Assembly (NCBI GenBank): GCA_964016885.1
Contig: OZ024742.1
Location: 274,660,001 to 274,724,000, forward strand
Source: Eledone cirrhosa
Lineage: Eukaryota
Direction of reading: 5' to 3'
Length of the DNA: 64,000 bases
Shown one piece after another: positions 26,093 to 39,553 of the stretch (positions are counted from its first letter, which is position 1; each line of letters begins with the position of its first letter). Position numbers and translations under genes: made by a program. The notes beneath the pieces were generated by a model. The model was not told where the DNA came from. It saw only the letters and a program-made list of their open reading frames with translations, and ran no database searches.

Positions 26093-27936
26093 TGAAGACA
26101 TGGAAAACGACACTCCTTTTGAATAGTGAAACAAAATCACTGGAAGCTGGAGAAATTAATATTAATTGTGGAATTTTTCAGGATGACTTTTATCACCGCT
26201 TTTATTCTGCATCGCACTTATACCATTAAGTAAAATGATCAATGAAACAAAACATGGATATAAAGTCTATGACAAAACCATTAATCACTTGTTCTACATG
26301 GATGACCTGAAACTATTTGCAAAAAATGATGAACAATTGCAAGGGCTATTATCCACTGTGGAGCAGTTCAGTGATGACATTAAAATGGAGTTTGGACTAG
26401 ATAAATGCGCCAAAGCAACGTTCACCAGAGGAAAGCTGCAGAAGAGTTCAGACATTAATCTTGATCGGGGGAACGTGATAAGATAACTTGATCAAGAAAA
26501 AACTTACACATATCTAGATGTTTGTGAAGGAGACGGAATCAAGCACTCGACAATGAGGGAAAGGATAAGGAAGGAATGTTACTGCAGAGTAAGAGCAATC
26601 TTAAGAACGGAATTGAATGCAAGGAATAGGATCGATGCCATAAACACGCTTGCCATACCAGTAGTAACCTACAGTTACAATGTCATCAACTTGTCAAGCA
26701 CAGAGATCCGTAGGCTCGATACAAAAATTCGAAAATTCTTAACCATGCACAGAATGCATCACCCTAAGGCAGATATAGATAGAATATATCTCCCTAGGAA
26801 AGAAGGGGGACGTGGGTTAATCCAGTTAGACATTGCATTGAAAACTGCAACAATTGGATTATCTACATATCTAAGGGAATCACATGATTGGATGATCAAA
26901 CTCGTTTTGAAACACGAAACCATCAAAAGATCATATTCCATTACAAAAGATGCACAAAGATACAGTAATGGACTACACAGAAAAAGCAAAGCAGGCAAAA
27001 GTAACTGCAAAGAAAGAACTGCTACAGAAACTGGCTAAGAAATGGCAAGAAAAGCCTCTGTATGGAAAATACCCAGAGCGAGCTAACAATCCTGATGTTG
27101 ACAAAACTTTAACCCATCAGTGGTTGGCATCCTCTGGACTGAAATTGGAGACTGAAGGACTGATTATATCATCACAAGATCAGTGTCTGCCAACAAAAAA
27201 TTACCAAGCCAACATAATAAAAAATGGATGCAGCCCATTATGCCGTGTATGCAAAAAACAACCAGAGACCATTGACCATATAATTTCAATGTGCAGTCCT
27301 ATAGCTCCAACCGAATACCTAAACAGGCATGACAGAGCTGCACAATACATACATTGGATAACGTGTAAGCATTTTGACCTGCCCCATCAAAAGAATTGGT
27401 GGGAGCATCAACCACCTCCCATACTTGAAAAAGATCACATCTCAATCTTGTGGAACTTTAGCATCCAAACAGACCGAAAAATAGATGCAAATAGACCTGA
27501 TATAATACTGAAGGACTTTAAAAAGATGATAATTGATATGTCTGTTCCAATAGACAAGAATGTATCTATAAAAACATTTGAAAAATTGAGCAAGTATAAG
27601 GACATGGAGATAGAAATTGGAAAAATGTGGAAATTGAGAACTAAAACAATACCAGTGGTTGTAAGCGCTCTGGGAATGATACCTAAGGGGTCTAATGATT
27701 ACTTATCGCAAATCCCAGGAAACCCGCGTATAGGAGAAATACAAAAGATAGTATTAATGGGAACTGCCCATATACTAAGGAAGATTCTGTCAATATAAGT
27801 ACATCACAAGTCTAAACACTAAAGATGCATGTGTGAGTATGTATGTTCTTTCTTGAACATGGCGGACCTTGTCTCTTGAGGTCACTGGTTGTGACTTGGT
27901 GATAACTCGTATGAACATAAAGCAAGATAAATGCAA
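26091..27936 (+). mobile_element. 5'-truncated family B copy (B3), directly following the (TAA)n tail of B2
   Basis: Starts tatgaagacatggaaaacg (=24173) and runs to the 3'UTR. Confidence 0.93.
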
Positions 27937-28680
27937 GTCGACTCAAATTTCTACTCCAACTTCAACACCATCACAACAGTAATACGACCACATCATCACC
28001 ACCACCACTGCCTCATTATCGCTACCGCCACTACTCTCTCCCACTACCTCCTGCTAGTTGCTGCTGGCACAGCACCGCCACCACCACCGCCGCCGCTGCC
28101 TCAATATCACTACCGCCGCTATTCTTTCCCGCTCCCCCCTGCTACATTGTAGAATTCTCACTAAAAGAGGAAAACATCAAAATATATAAATAGACTGAAT
28201 TGATGATCCTGTCAAAATAATAAAAAAAAAAAAAATCAAAATCAAGTTTTACTTTTAACAAAATGTTTAAATCCAATATTAAGGTAATATGTCAACACAT
28301 ATACGCGACTAATGATAATTTCACTAAAGATAATTTCACCACCAGTGCCACCACCACTTCCACGATGAAAACTCTGGTCAAGTCGACTCAAATTTCTACT
28401 CCATCTTCAACACCATCGCTACAGTAATACGACCACATCGCCACCGCCGCTGCCTCATTATCGCTACCGCCGCTATTCTCTCCCACTACCTCCTGCTAGT
28501 TGCTGCTGGCACAGCACCGCCACCGCCGCCGCCGCTGCTGCCTCATTGTCACTACCGCCGCTATTCTCTCCCGCTAGCCCCTGCTACATTGTAGAATTCT
28601 CACTAAAAGAGGAAGGCATCAAAATATATAAATAGACTGAATTGATGACTCGGTCAAAATAAAAAAAAAAAATAAAAAAA
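27934..28680 (+). repeat. Direct duplication of ~300 bp (27934-28230 / 28379-28680), homologous to the family A leader 17020-17230
   Basis: Both units start caagtcgactcaaatttctactcca and end ...catcaaaatatataaatagactgaattgatga...gtcaaaata(A)n. Confidence 0.85.
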
Positions 28681-31600
28681 TAAAAATCAAAGCAGCACAG
28701 CAACAACGAAAAACGTAGAGGAAATAAAAATGAAGAGAAAAACAAACGGACGGACAGAGAAGGGAAGGGAAAAACTAAGTCAGACATTCAAACACTACAT
28801 TACAATGAAACTTATGCTTATTCATTTTTGAGGTTTTTTCTGCCTGTTTGTTTGTTTATTTGGGTTCGTCTACAGCGTGATAATGCCACACAAAAGTCAC
28901 GTGGAGTGACAAAACCACCGGAGACAAGTAATTCACCGGTGGTTATGTAACCATACATTCGCCAATCCTCGATAAGAGTGTTTAAATGTCGAACCTAAAC
29001 AGTTCGAATAACGGTGAAATGGTGACTAGAATGTCATGTGACAGACTCTCACCCAACAGGTGCTCCCTGGCTCAGCAGCAGGGACCTGGCTGTCAACCAA
29101 ATACTGCTGGTTTCGGAGGAAGAAGAAGAAGGAAAGGGACTAGAACCAACTGGACGAAAGAATTGAATAGAACTGTTATGCAATGTTACCTGAAGAGTAA
29201 CCCCAAGGAGAAAGGCTATAGGAAAAGGATGCATAACATCTGGAACGAGATTGGTCCATTTAAATTAGATGAACAAAAACTGGCAGGGCAGGCTCAGGTA
29301 ATAAGAACTAATGGGTGGATAAGCGAACGGGAACTGGAGGAACTGAGCAGAGAGATTAGCTTGGAGATGGAGGGTGGAGTATGCCAGGCAAACGAGCCAG
29401 TGGGAAATGAAGGTGAAGAGGTCGAGAGAACGGAGAAACCACCCGAAGCAGACAATGATCTGAATGCTGGGATAAATAATACCTGGAACAGAGATACGGC
29501 CACTGAGGAGATGAATGCTGACGGGCTAGGACAAGATTTGGTAGATATCCTAAACTTAGTGGTAGATGAATTGAACAATGATAGTGGGAGACCTATGAAC
29601 CTAAGATTTGTAGAAACAACAGCTAAGGTAAACAAAGTCATCCCATACCTTGAGGCGAGGAGCCTTCAACAGTGCAACAATATCCTCAAAGCAACAGCAA
29701 ATACGGTGAGGAAACTACTTGGTATAAAAGCGAGAGGAAACAACAGACAAGAAAGAACAGAGCCTTGGTGGAATAAACGACTGAGTGGTCAAATCAGGTA
29801 AATGAGAAATGACATTGGAAAGCTTGAGTCCCTACTGAATGGGACACTAAAAAACATGACACTAAAAATAGACTGGAAATAAAGTACAAAACAAGGAGGA
29901 AAAAGCTAAATATTATCATAGAGGAACTGAAGCAACGCATTGTAGCAAAGAGTGCAAAAATCAGGCGATACGAGAACAGAGTCAGTCAGTATAGACAGAA
30001 CCGCATGTTCGACAACGACCAGAAGATGCTCTTTGGACAGCTTGAAGGGAAAGAAAGAGGCAACGACTTGATCCCTGAGGCGGAACAAACTAAAAGATTC
30101 TGGAGAGGAATATGGGAGCAGGATGTTAAACATAATGACCAGGCAGTGTGGATTGAGACAGTACAGAAGGAGATCAGTGAACAGGCACACCAACAAACTG
30201 ATTTGAGTATCACAGTTGTAACTCTTAAGGGGCAGGCCAAAATACTAACCAACTGGAAATCACCTGGCCCAGATGGTGTGCAAGGGTATTGGATTAAAAA
30301 CATAACATCCCTCCACCCGAAACTGACAACCATGTTCAATGACTGCTTGATGTCAGGTTAGGTACCAGAGTGGTTGACTAAAGGTACGACAGTTCTGATA
30401 ATGAAAGACCGAATCAAGGGTAATGATGTTACCAACTATAGACCTATCACATTTCTGTCCGTAATGTGGAAACTGTTGACAAGCATTATGTCTGAGGAAA
30501 TCTACCATCACTTCCACACAAACAACTTGTTACCGGACGAACAGAAAGGATGCCGAAAGAAGTCACGTGGTACAAAGGACCAGTTACTTATTGATAAGAT
30601 GGTAATGAGGAATTGCAAGAGGAGACACACTGGTCTAGCCATGGGATGGATAGACTACAAAAAGGCATTTGACTGGAGATCTTTAATGTGGCAGATAACA
30701 TCAGACAGTTGTTGGACAAAAGTATGAAGTCCTGGAAAACAGAGTTAACATCAACTAGAGAATCCTTGGGAAGCGTGAAGATCAAGAGAGGTATCTTCCA
30801 GGGAGATAGTCTGTCCCCTCTGTTGTTTGTCCTTGCCCTGATGCCCCTGACCAGTGTACTGCGAAAAGTGAGAGCAGGATACAGGTTGGGAAAGGGAGGG
30901 CTTATCAACAATCACCTCCTCTTCATGGACGATCTTAAGCTCTTCGGGAAGAGTGAGAAGGGGTTGGATGTGCTTGCTGACACTGTCCGTATTTTCAACA
31001 ATGATATATGTATGCAATTTGGTATTAGTAAGTGTGGAGTCATTGTGATGAGGAGGGGTAAGTTGAGCAGAAGTAACGGAATCCAGATACCAACAGGTGA
31101 GATGATAAAGGAATTTGACTCTGAGGAAGGATACAAGTATTTGGGCGTTCTGGAGGCTGATGACATCAAGAACAAAAGAATGAAGGAATTGATAAGAACT
31201 GAATACCTTCGCAGAGTAAGGAGCGTATTAAAGTCACATCCGAACAGTAATAATTCCTTAAGTGCAGTAAATTTCCGAGCTGTGTCTATTATTAGGTACA
31301 GTGCGGGAATTCTGAGATGGAATGTTGCTGAACAAAAAGAAATGGATAGGAAGACTAGGAAGCTATTGACTATCTACAATATGTTCCACAAGAGGAGTGA
31401 TGTCGATAGACTCTACTTAAGGAGATCTTAAGGTGGAAGAGGTTTATCAGCATAGAGGACAGTGTTCAGATGGAGAAAAACAACCTACACAAATACGTGA
31501 CTGATAGTAAGGAGCCAATGCCAAGAACTGTACTGAAGGAGGGGACAATAGGCCAGGGGATGTCCAAGGAGGAAATAACATCAAGGAGAAAGAGCAGCCT

Positions 31601-32470
31601 TCAGGAAAAATCCCTTCATAGTACCTTCTTTGAGAAAACTGAAGTTAGAGATCCTCAGACATGGAACTGGTTTAAAAGAGGAGACCTTAAAAAGGCTACA
31701 GAAGGAATGCTAATGGCTGCGCAAGAGCAGGCCCTCAAAACGAAGTGGTTGAAACAACATATTTACAAGGAGGAGGCTTGCCCACTGTGCAGGATCTGTG
31801 GAGAGAGAGAGGAGACTGTGGCTCACATTGTATCCGAGTGTAAACACCTAGCCCAATCTGACTATAAGGGCTGGAGACATGATGTGATGGGCAGGGTGAT
31901 CCACTGGCACCTAATCAAAGTAAACAATTTACCACATTCTGAGAAGTGGTATGAGCATAAGCCAGAGTCGGTGATAGAAAACGATCAGGTGAAGGTGCTG
32001 TGGGATTTTAGGATACAGACGGACAAGCAATTGTAACACAATAGACCTGACCTGGTGGTTTTGGACAAGGAGAAAAGATCGTGCCTGATTGTGGATGTGG
32101 CCTGCCCATTCGACACGAGAGTGCAAGAGAAGGAGAGGGAGAAAATTAACCGATACCAGGACTTAAAGTGGGAGGTAAAAAGGATTTGGAACTGCCATGA
32201 AGTCAAATTGGTCCCGATTGTCATAGGCGCACTAGGTACTATCTCAAAAGGTTTCCAGGGATGGTTAAAGAAAATTGGCCCCGCCACGCTCGCTTTTTGG
32301 AACGCTTCAAAAGGCATGCTTGCTGGGAACAGCAAGAACACTCCGATGCGTCCTGAATATCTGAGGCTGCAGGTAGTGGCTTGATATTCATTTCAACAAA
32401 CTTTCCAGTTAACTAACGTCAAGACTGAGACTCAAAGAACAATAATAATAATAATAATAATAATAATAAT
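28379..32470 (+). mobile_element. Older full-length family A R4/Dong-like copy (A3) with multiple stops and frameshifts
   Basis: ORF fragments 28986-32384 colinear with 17636-21027; (TAA)n tail 32440-32470. Confidence 0.93.
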
Positions 32471-32855
32471 TTTTTCTACTTTAGGCACAAGGCCAGCAAT
32501 TATCCAGTGTATTACTGGTACTTTATTTTATCGACTCCGTAAGGATGAAAGGCAAAGTTAACCTCGGCGGGATTTGAACTCAGAATGGCAATAATAATAA
32601 TAATATAATAATTGTTTCTACTTTAGGCACAAGGCCAGCAATTAACCAGTACATTACTGGTACTTTATTTTATCGACCCCGTAAGGATGAAAGGCAAAGT
32701 TAACCTCAGCCGGATTTGAACTCAGTCCGTACAGGGACGTAACTGTGCTGCAAATCAAGGCGGTCGACCCTCTACCGTTACTGCCAATCCATCGCCATAA
32801 TAATATAATAATTGTTTCTACCTTAGGCACAAGGCCAGCAATTACCCAGTGCAAT
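32471..32855 (-). mobile_element. tRNA-derived SINE cluster: partial 32471-32590, full 32612-32797, 3' stub 32810-32855
   Basis: Minus-strand head ggcg.tggattggcagta.cgg (A box) ... gagttcaaatcc (B box); body gaggttaactttgcctttcatcc...gataaaataaagtaccag; (TTA)n tail. Confidence 0.88.
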
Positions 32856-32859
32856 AAAA

Positions 32860-33635
32860 TCACACATGCTGATGCACAAGGAACGCGTATGTGGGTACAG
32901 CCTCGCGTTATAGGTGAAATATACAGGACCAGAACAGATGCAATAAAGTTGGATCATTTAGAGAGGTGATAGTCTTCAGAAATATATCATTATACAATCA
33001 ATTCCATATCACACTTAAGCAAGAGATGCCGGACGACAGATAGACACGGTCTGAAATCTGTGATGCAAAACAAAAGGGATGCATGAACGGGTCCCTCTGT
33101 AATGTTTGATCCGCCGCGCGGCGTACTCCACTCCTATTCTGGAAATCTAATACAGAAAAGTACAATTCGTGTGGTTCCTGCATGCCATGATGATTTCAGA
33201 TTTGTGGTTAACTGCATTATGTTTAAATCTGACTATCTCCATGGCTTCCGCCAGACATAACTTCCAGCTTCCACCACCTACAGAATACGCAGCCGCACGT
33301 TACGCTATACTCCAGTGAAGCTTGTATTCCAAGCCACTAACTTTCAGCCCCCGACTAGGTCCGCCAAGCTGGTGGAGTGTCTCTTAGTCCGGTCCTTGGA
33401 CGAATGTGTGTGGTTGTACCAGTGGTGGTTGGGTCTTAGACGGTGCAAGGATCATTAAGTGATCCACCAGCTACCCCGGACATATCACCCGTCTACTGTT
33501 GGCGAAGTTCGAAATTTCTTATCTTCACTGAATTGGTGTTAGCGAGATAGTCACCCAAGTTGGGCGCCGTAGAAAATGAGAACTTTATCGTGTGATGCTT
33601 GAAATGTTTTCGGTATTCGTGGGTCGCTGTAAAAC
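32860..33635 (-). mobile_element. Decayed Penelope-like GIY-YIG remnant
   Basis: Minus-strand peptides THEYRKHFKHHTIKFSFSTAPNL, WYNHTH, RHSTSLA, LEYKLHWSI, YSVGGGSWKLCLAEAMEI...VNHKSEIIMACR parallel the 14715-15490 protein; CTGAAGA near 32973. Confidence 0.78.
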
Positions 33636-33717
33636 TCTTATGTGTTTTTGTTGTGTATGTGGATGAGTTGGTGTATGTATGTATATGCGGGTGAGTGCAT
33701 ATATATATATATATATA

Positions 33718-33781
<64 letters not shown>

Positions 33782-34109
33782 GTATATTTGTATTTATTTA
33801 TATACACATATATGTATGTATATGTGTATATATGGATATGTATGTGTGTTTGCACGTTTGTGAGTTATGTATATGTGTACGTAGAGTTTTGGTATATCTA
33901 CTTTTGTTGAACATATGTGTATTTACGTGTAAGTATGTGTGTGAGTGTATGTGCAGGAGTACTCGACACATGGGGAGATGTGGAGTGGGTATAGATATGT
34001 ATAAAATGAGAACAGTTGCCTTGGTAATGCTTTGCTTGAGGTTATCAATGTAGTAGGCTGGTTAGAGGGAGCAAAGATGTCCTAGAAATAAAGGGTGGAG
34101 GAGTGGGAA

Positions 34110-34832
34110 TATCTACAGATGGGGCTTGTATGCTGAAAGTGTATTTTTACGTGAAGAGTTAACAGTAATAATTAGGTTGTATAGAAGTTAATAATTGACA
34201 ATTAAATATGGGTTACCTAGAAGTAAATCAGCAGATGATTAAATAAAATAATGAGTAGAAAGAAATACGTTCTGGTAAATTATGTGTATATATATATATT
34301 AGTATATTTATGTTTCTGCACACGACTGTGCTTGCATGCTCACTTACGGGAAGGAGAACACTCTCGCGTGGCTGTGTGCATGCTTTTTTGTACACGGGTA
34401 TGAATGTGTGCACACACGCATGCGCCTGTCCCTGTTTGTGTATACCTTGCCCACATTCCACCAACTCAATTTCTGCTATCTAAATTCTCACTTCACCCCA
34501 CTCCTCCCATCAAAATAATATCTGACTTTTTTGTTCTTGTATTTGCATGCAAAACCTTCAAATAACTTCACAGTATTTTGTTACGTGTGCTTCTATGCAT
34601 GAAGTATGTATTCACATAGTACATACACTTCACCGCTATACACACTTTTAAATCACTATATTTTACCTGATCTTATTTATTTCTACACACTACTTACTTT
34701 AAACATCTGCCAATTTACTTCGATATAACCCAGTTTTTACTATTAATTCTTCACTTCTATATAGCCTATATCTTACTGTTAACTCTTCACTAAAATATAC
34801 TCTTTCAGCCTATAAACCCGATTTGTAAATAA
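34110..34832. repeat. Old diverged inverted repeat, arms ~34110-34290 and ~34655-34832
   Basis: gctgaaag.gtat...gtgaagagttaacagtaa...atagaagt...gggtta...gaagtaaat..gcagatg recurs on the opposite strand. Confidence 0.7.
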
Positions 34833-35847
34833 CCCCGTTCACGAACGTGAATGTTTATATATGGTTCAGTGTAGAACACTCAGACAGCTCTGGATCACTC
34901 CCTCTGACTTTTAATTGAGAGCAATGTTAGAAGGGAACATTCTCACCAACGTCTAGAAGAAAGCCGCCTGCCGAGATCTGCTTGTTCATTATAAGACGGC
35001 CTCCATTCTTGATGCTTAAAACCGGTTAGGTAAGGAACAAATGCGCATAGTATCCAGAACAAATGCGTACATTTCCTATAATGACTAGTGATCAACAAAT
35101 ACTCCAATCATGACAGATATATTGCCTGCGGGCGTATGATATATACCGCGTTTAATGAGACAAATGCTGGGATTTTAAGATTGGTAGTACCATTACATCT
35201 CATCATACTCGCATTAAAGGACATCTAAACGCATACGCATACTCCTTCATGAAACATAAACAATGCAAAAACATTAAAACAAAAACACAACGTTTTGACA
35301 AGAACACAAACGCATAACCAATTTAATACACATCTCATCCCAGAGTCGACTCCATTCTTCCATTACTTGGCAGTGTGGCAGTGTACAAACATTCTGATTT
35401 CTTGGATTTTTAGTTTCAATTGTCTCATTGAGGTATTCAAGATCTGCATGATAATTAAATATTATACATCGATCTCTTTTTATATGTATGCACCTAGCAG
35501 TAGTCGACAGTTTTTTTGCTAATTAGTCTGTGATCTATTTCTAGCTTTAGCACGAAGCACTTTCATCCCATCGAACGATGTAATCTTATTTTTAGTCGAT
35601 ACGTAGCCTGTGCAATAGATGAGAACTAATTTTTTTTTTCTCAAATTACAAGATGCATACTAATGTTTGCTAGTTCTAGGCGTCATCATTTGCTGATGTT
35701 AAGCAACGGTAAATGTTGATGATTTTTGCTGTTTGAAATGTTACGATATAGACTTTAGGTCAGGTTTGGCGAAATTACCGTATGTAAAAATGTTATAATC
35801 AACAAGTAGGAGATATTTAGATTTTTGTTTACATTTTCGAAAGTATA

Positions 35848-36305
35848 CCTTCTCTCGTTTGGGACCAATTTCATGCACATACTGCTGAGAATACAGTAAG
35901 GATTGTAAATAACTTAAACACTGAAATAGCTGTCATACCTGGTGGACTGATCTCTCAGTTACAACCCCATGATATTTCACTAAACAAGCATTTTGAAGCA
36001 CACATGAGAGAGGAAGGAATGCGATACTTGGTTGAAGGACTCACAACTGACAACGACAGGACTGATGAAGAGGCTTATATTTTCTCAGATAACTCAGTGG
36101 GTGAAAAACTCGTATGGTGTTTGAAAACCGAGACACTTAAAAAGGAAATCAACAAGGATGACAATACTCATGAGTTTATAAGATTTGGAAGTGATTAACA
36201 TTTTAATAGCGTTAATGGCGTCAATTTTATTTTTCCTGGATATTCAAGTAACATTGAGAGGGCGTCCTGTATTCCGGTGCGTCTTATATTCCTAAAAATA
36301 TGGTA
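35848..36305 (+). mobile_element. pogo/Tigger-type DNA transposon remnant (DDE_1 fragment and right terminus)
   Basis: SLVWDQFHAH...IAVIPGGLISQLQPHDISLNKHFEAHMRE; end gtgcgtcttatattcctaaaaatatggTA resembles a pogo TIR followed by TA. Confidence 0.82.
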
Positions 36306-36849
36306 TATACTTTGTTTTTTAATTTGGTTTGCAAAATATCTTATCGGAAATCCTGTGTTTAAGCAGATCTTGTTATACTTTGGGGGGTCATGCTGCGAGT
36401 AAAACCAATCACCAACCTGTTGATATTCACTTCGATTTATTATAAATTTCCGGTTGGTTCAATAACGGATGGTTGTTTATATATTGTCAAAACTCTTTCG
36501 TCACACATTCTGTGAACTCCTCAGTGACTGATTTCTTATTTTTATCTCTCCGTTGTTCTAACCTACACCATATTGCGTTTGTGTGTTGTGTGAGGTGTAC
36601 TTGGTTTGCGTATGCGTTACATCCAGTTGTATGTGTTTTATTCATTTATTTATTTATGTGTTTATTCTCTTGTCACTAGTTGGTTGTTTGTTCTATCTGT
36701 GTGTGTCTGATTTGTTTTATTAGTTTGGTTCTTATGTGTCGCTGTATGTCTTCATTTTGTCCTTAATTACTAGTTGTGATATTGTTGCTATAACACCCAT
36801 GTTACTTGTTTAATTTTGTTTCGTGTGTATGTAATTTTTCCTTCTGTGT

Positions 36850-37320
36850 AATTTTTCCCTCTGTTCCCTCTTGGCATGTTGGTGGAGCACTGAACAGTTT
36901 TTCCAACCTGGAATTCTCGCCTCTACTGATGTGTTCTTTCTCCTAGGCTACGAGCTGTGTCACTTATGTATGTTGTGTTCTTTTTCCTGCACTTCCCTTC
37001 AGTACATTCTATGTTATATACTACGTCCCTAGTTTTGCAGTTAATTTGTGGGCTGAATTTGCAGAATATACATTTCCTATCAGTGCAGGGGTATGTTTTT
37101 GAAACGGTTATGTTTCTCTAAGTAGGGCTTTTATGGGAATATCTTGTCTTTCAACTATCTTAATATTCAATTTTTGTTTGTCTAGAGCTTTTCTAAATCG
37201 GTTAGCTAGTTCACCTCTGGGGGTTGCATCGATAAACATTACATTCCCGAATTTATTGCTATCATAAAATGAGTTGAATTTATTGTTTTTTTTCTCTTAA
37301 TTCTTTCTATGTTTATTCCA
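36850..37320 (-). mobile_element. Decayed GIY-YIG remnant of a different Penelope-like lineage
   Basis: Minus-strand peptides VMFIDATP.GELANRFRK...NIKIVER...PF...CTDRKCIFCK...NCKTRDVVYNIEC...C...TYISDTARSLGER. Confidence 0.75.
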
Positions 37321-37446
37321 AGTTAGAAAACAACAGTGTCACAGAAGGAAGGGACGGTAACAGCAATGAGGGAGGCAGAGAAAGTAGGACCTCTGACAAT
37401 GAAAGAGGAAATAACAGACAGACACACACAATAGATTAGAAAATAA

Positions 37447-37631
37447 TTGTTTCTACTTTAGGCACAAGACCAGCAATTACCCAGTGCATTACTGGTACTT
37501 TATTTTATAGACCCCGTAAGAATGAAAGGCAAAGTCAACCTCGGCGGGATTTGAACTCAGATCGTAAAGGGACGTAACTATGCTGGAAAGCATGGCATCC
37601 GACCCACTACCGATACTGCCAATCCACCGCC
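37447..37631 (-). mobile_element. Full tRNA-derived SINE with a 17-bp target-site duplication
   Basis: aatagattagaaaataa at 37430-37446 and 37632-37648. Confidence 0.92.
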
Positions 37632-38532
37632 AATAGATTAGAAAATAACAATGACACAGAGGTAAAGGACAGGAGAAATAATGAGTGACATGGAAACAAC
37701 CATGAAGCTGTTGGTGGAAGTAGAGACAAGAAGATTGATCGCTTGGGCCAAGTCACTGGAACCCATATGACTTCGAAGTTATTTCTAGTCCATAAATCCC
37801 CATTAAACTCTATAATAGTTCTAGTTACTAAGATTGTTTCGATTTCAATGTCTGTTATGTTGTATGGTTAGCAAAAAAGGACAAAATTTTATCAATGAAG
37901 GAGGGAGAGATGGAAGCATAATAATTACTAATCTCAAATTGCATGAATTTCAGTTTACTGAAAATATTGAGGTTTCTAAACCAATTTATTATATCATTAG
38001 TGCTTCGCCAAAGACTTAATATTATTTTATTTTTGATTTGTGGGACTACTCTATCCAGTATTTTTTATTTATTCTACCTATATCTGAAGTAAAATGACAA
38101 ATTAGTCTAACGGTATGATTGTTATCAAAATCTACTTTATAACCCATAAGGTTGGTTGTTTGGGGGTGTATGATTCGGTGTATTTATCTAGGTCGAATTG
38201 CGTAGCAGTGTGTTTATTCTGTCTATTAATACCATTGGTTTGTAAGGTTAGTTTTCTTGTAATTTTCAAAAGTTCATTATATATAAAGTGATTGTATTCT
38301 TTTAAAAAATATATAGTAGAATTCAGTTCTCTGACGATGGATGAAAAAATGCGAGGATGATTATGTCATGTGAAGCGAGAAGAATAATTTAAAGATAAAA
38401 ACACAATAATGATATAAAAGAAATCATTGGAATAATATTCTATTTAAAATAACTGAATGATTTCCAGCTCCGGTGTTTGAGAATAATGTAAATAAAATTA
38501 GTAAACGAAAATGACAGAAGTTATTAATAATA

Positions 38533-39310
38533 ATTGTTTCTACTTTTTGGCACAAGGCCACCAATTATCACAGTTCATTACTGGTACTTTATTTTATCGA
38601 CCCCGTAAGGATGAAAAGCAAAGTTAACATCGGCGGGATTTGAAATCAGAATGGCAAGGACCGTAACTCTATGCGTCAAAGCATGTCGTCCGACCCTCTA
38701 CCGATACTGCCAATCCACCAAAAGTACATATTAATGATTTCTACTACAGGCACAAGCCCAGCAATTATCCCAGTCTCTTACTGGTACTTTATTTTATCGA
38801 CCCCGCAAGGATGATAAGCGAAGTTAGCCTCGGCGGAATTTGAACTCAGACCATAAAGGGCCGTAACTCTTTACTGAAAAGCATGGCGTCAGACCCTCTA
38901 CAGATACTGCCAATCCACCGCCATGGAAGTAAATAATAATTGTGTCTACTTTTGGCCATCAATTATCCCAGTGAATTACTGGTACTTTATTTTATCGACC
39001 TCGTAAGGATGAAAGGGAAAGTTAACCTCGGCGGGAATTGAACTCATGCCGTAAAGGGCCGTAACTCTATGCTACAAAGCATGACGTCCGACTCTCTAAC
39101 GATACTGCCAATCCACCGCCCTTGGAAGTAAATAATAATTGTTTCTACTTTTGGCACAAGGCCAGCAATTAGCCAGTGCATTACTGGTACTTTATTTTAT
39201 CGACCCTGTAAGGATGAAAGGCAAATTTAACCTCGACGGGATTTGAACTCAGACCGTAAAGGGATGTAACTATGCTGCAAAGCATGGCGTCCGACCTTCT
39301 ACTGCCAATC
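38533..39310 (-). mobile_element. Four head-to-tail copies of the tRNA-derived SINE
   Basis: Units ~38533-38720, 38735-38922, 38940-39120, 39138-39310. Confidence 0.92.
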
Positions 39311-39398
39311 TTGTTATAGGTATAGGCCTGTGCATAAGTATGCGCTTACACACACACACACACACACATACACATATATATATATACGTTAATATATA

Positions 39399-39466
<68 letters not shown>

Positions 39467-39553
39467 AATATATATATACATATATAAGTTCATCTCGGGT
39501 TCAATCGGGGGTAACCACAGTTAGTAAGCTACTCAATACGTAGCAGAATATAA

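Noticed and set aside
32860-32985. CTGAAGA hammerhead start downstream of the Penelope-like remnant
   Set aside because: The 3' half is missing where a SINE stub begins
38533-39310. CRISPR-like or tRNA gene array
   Set aside because: Units are ~190-bp SINEs with A/B boxes but no cloverleaf and no unique spacers; eukaryotic context
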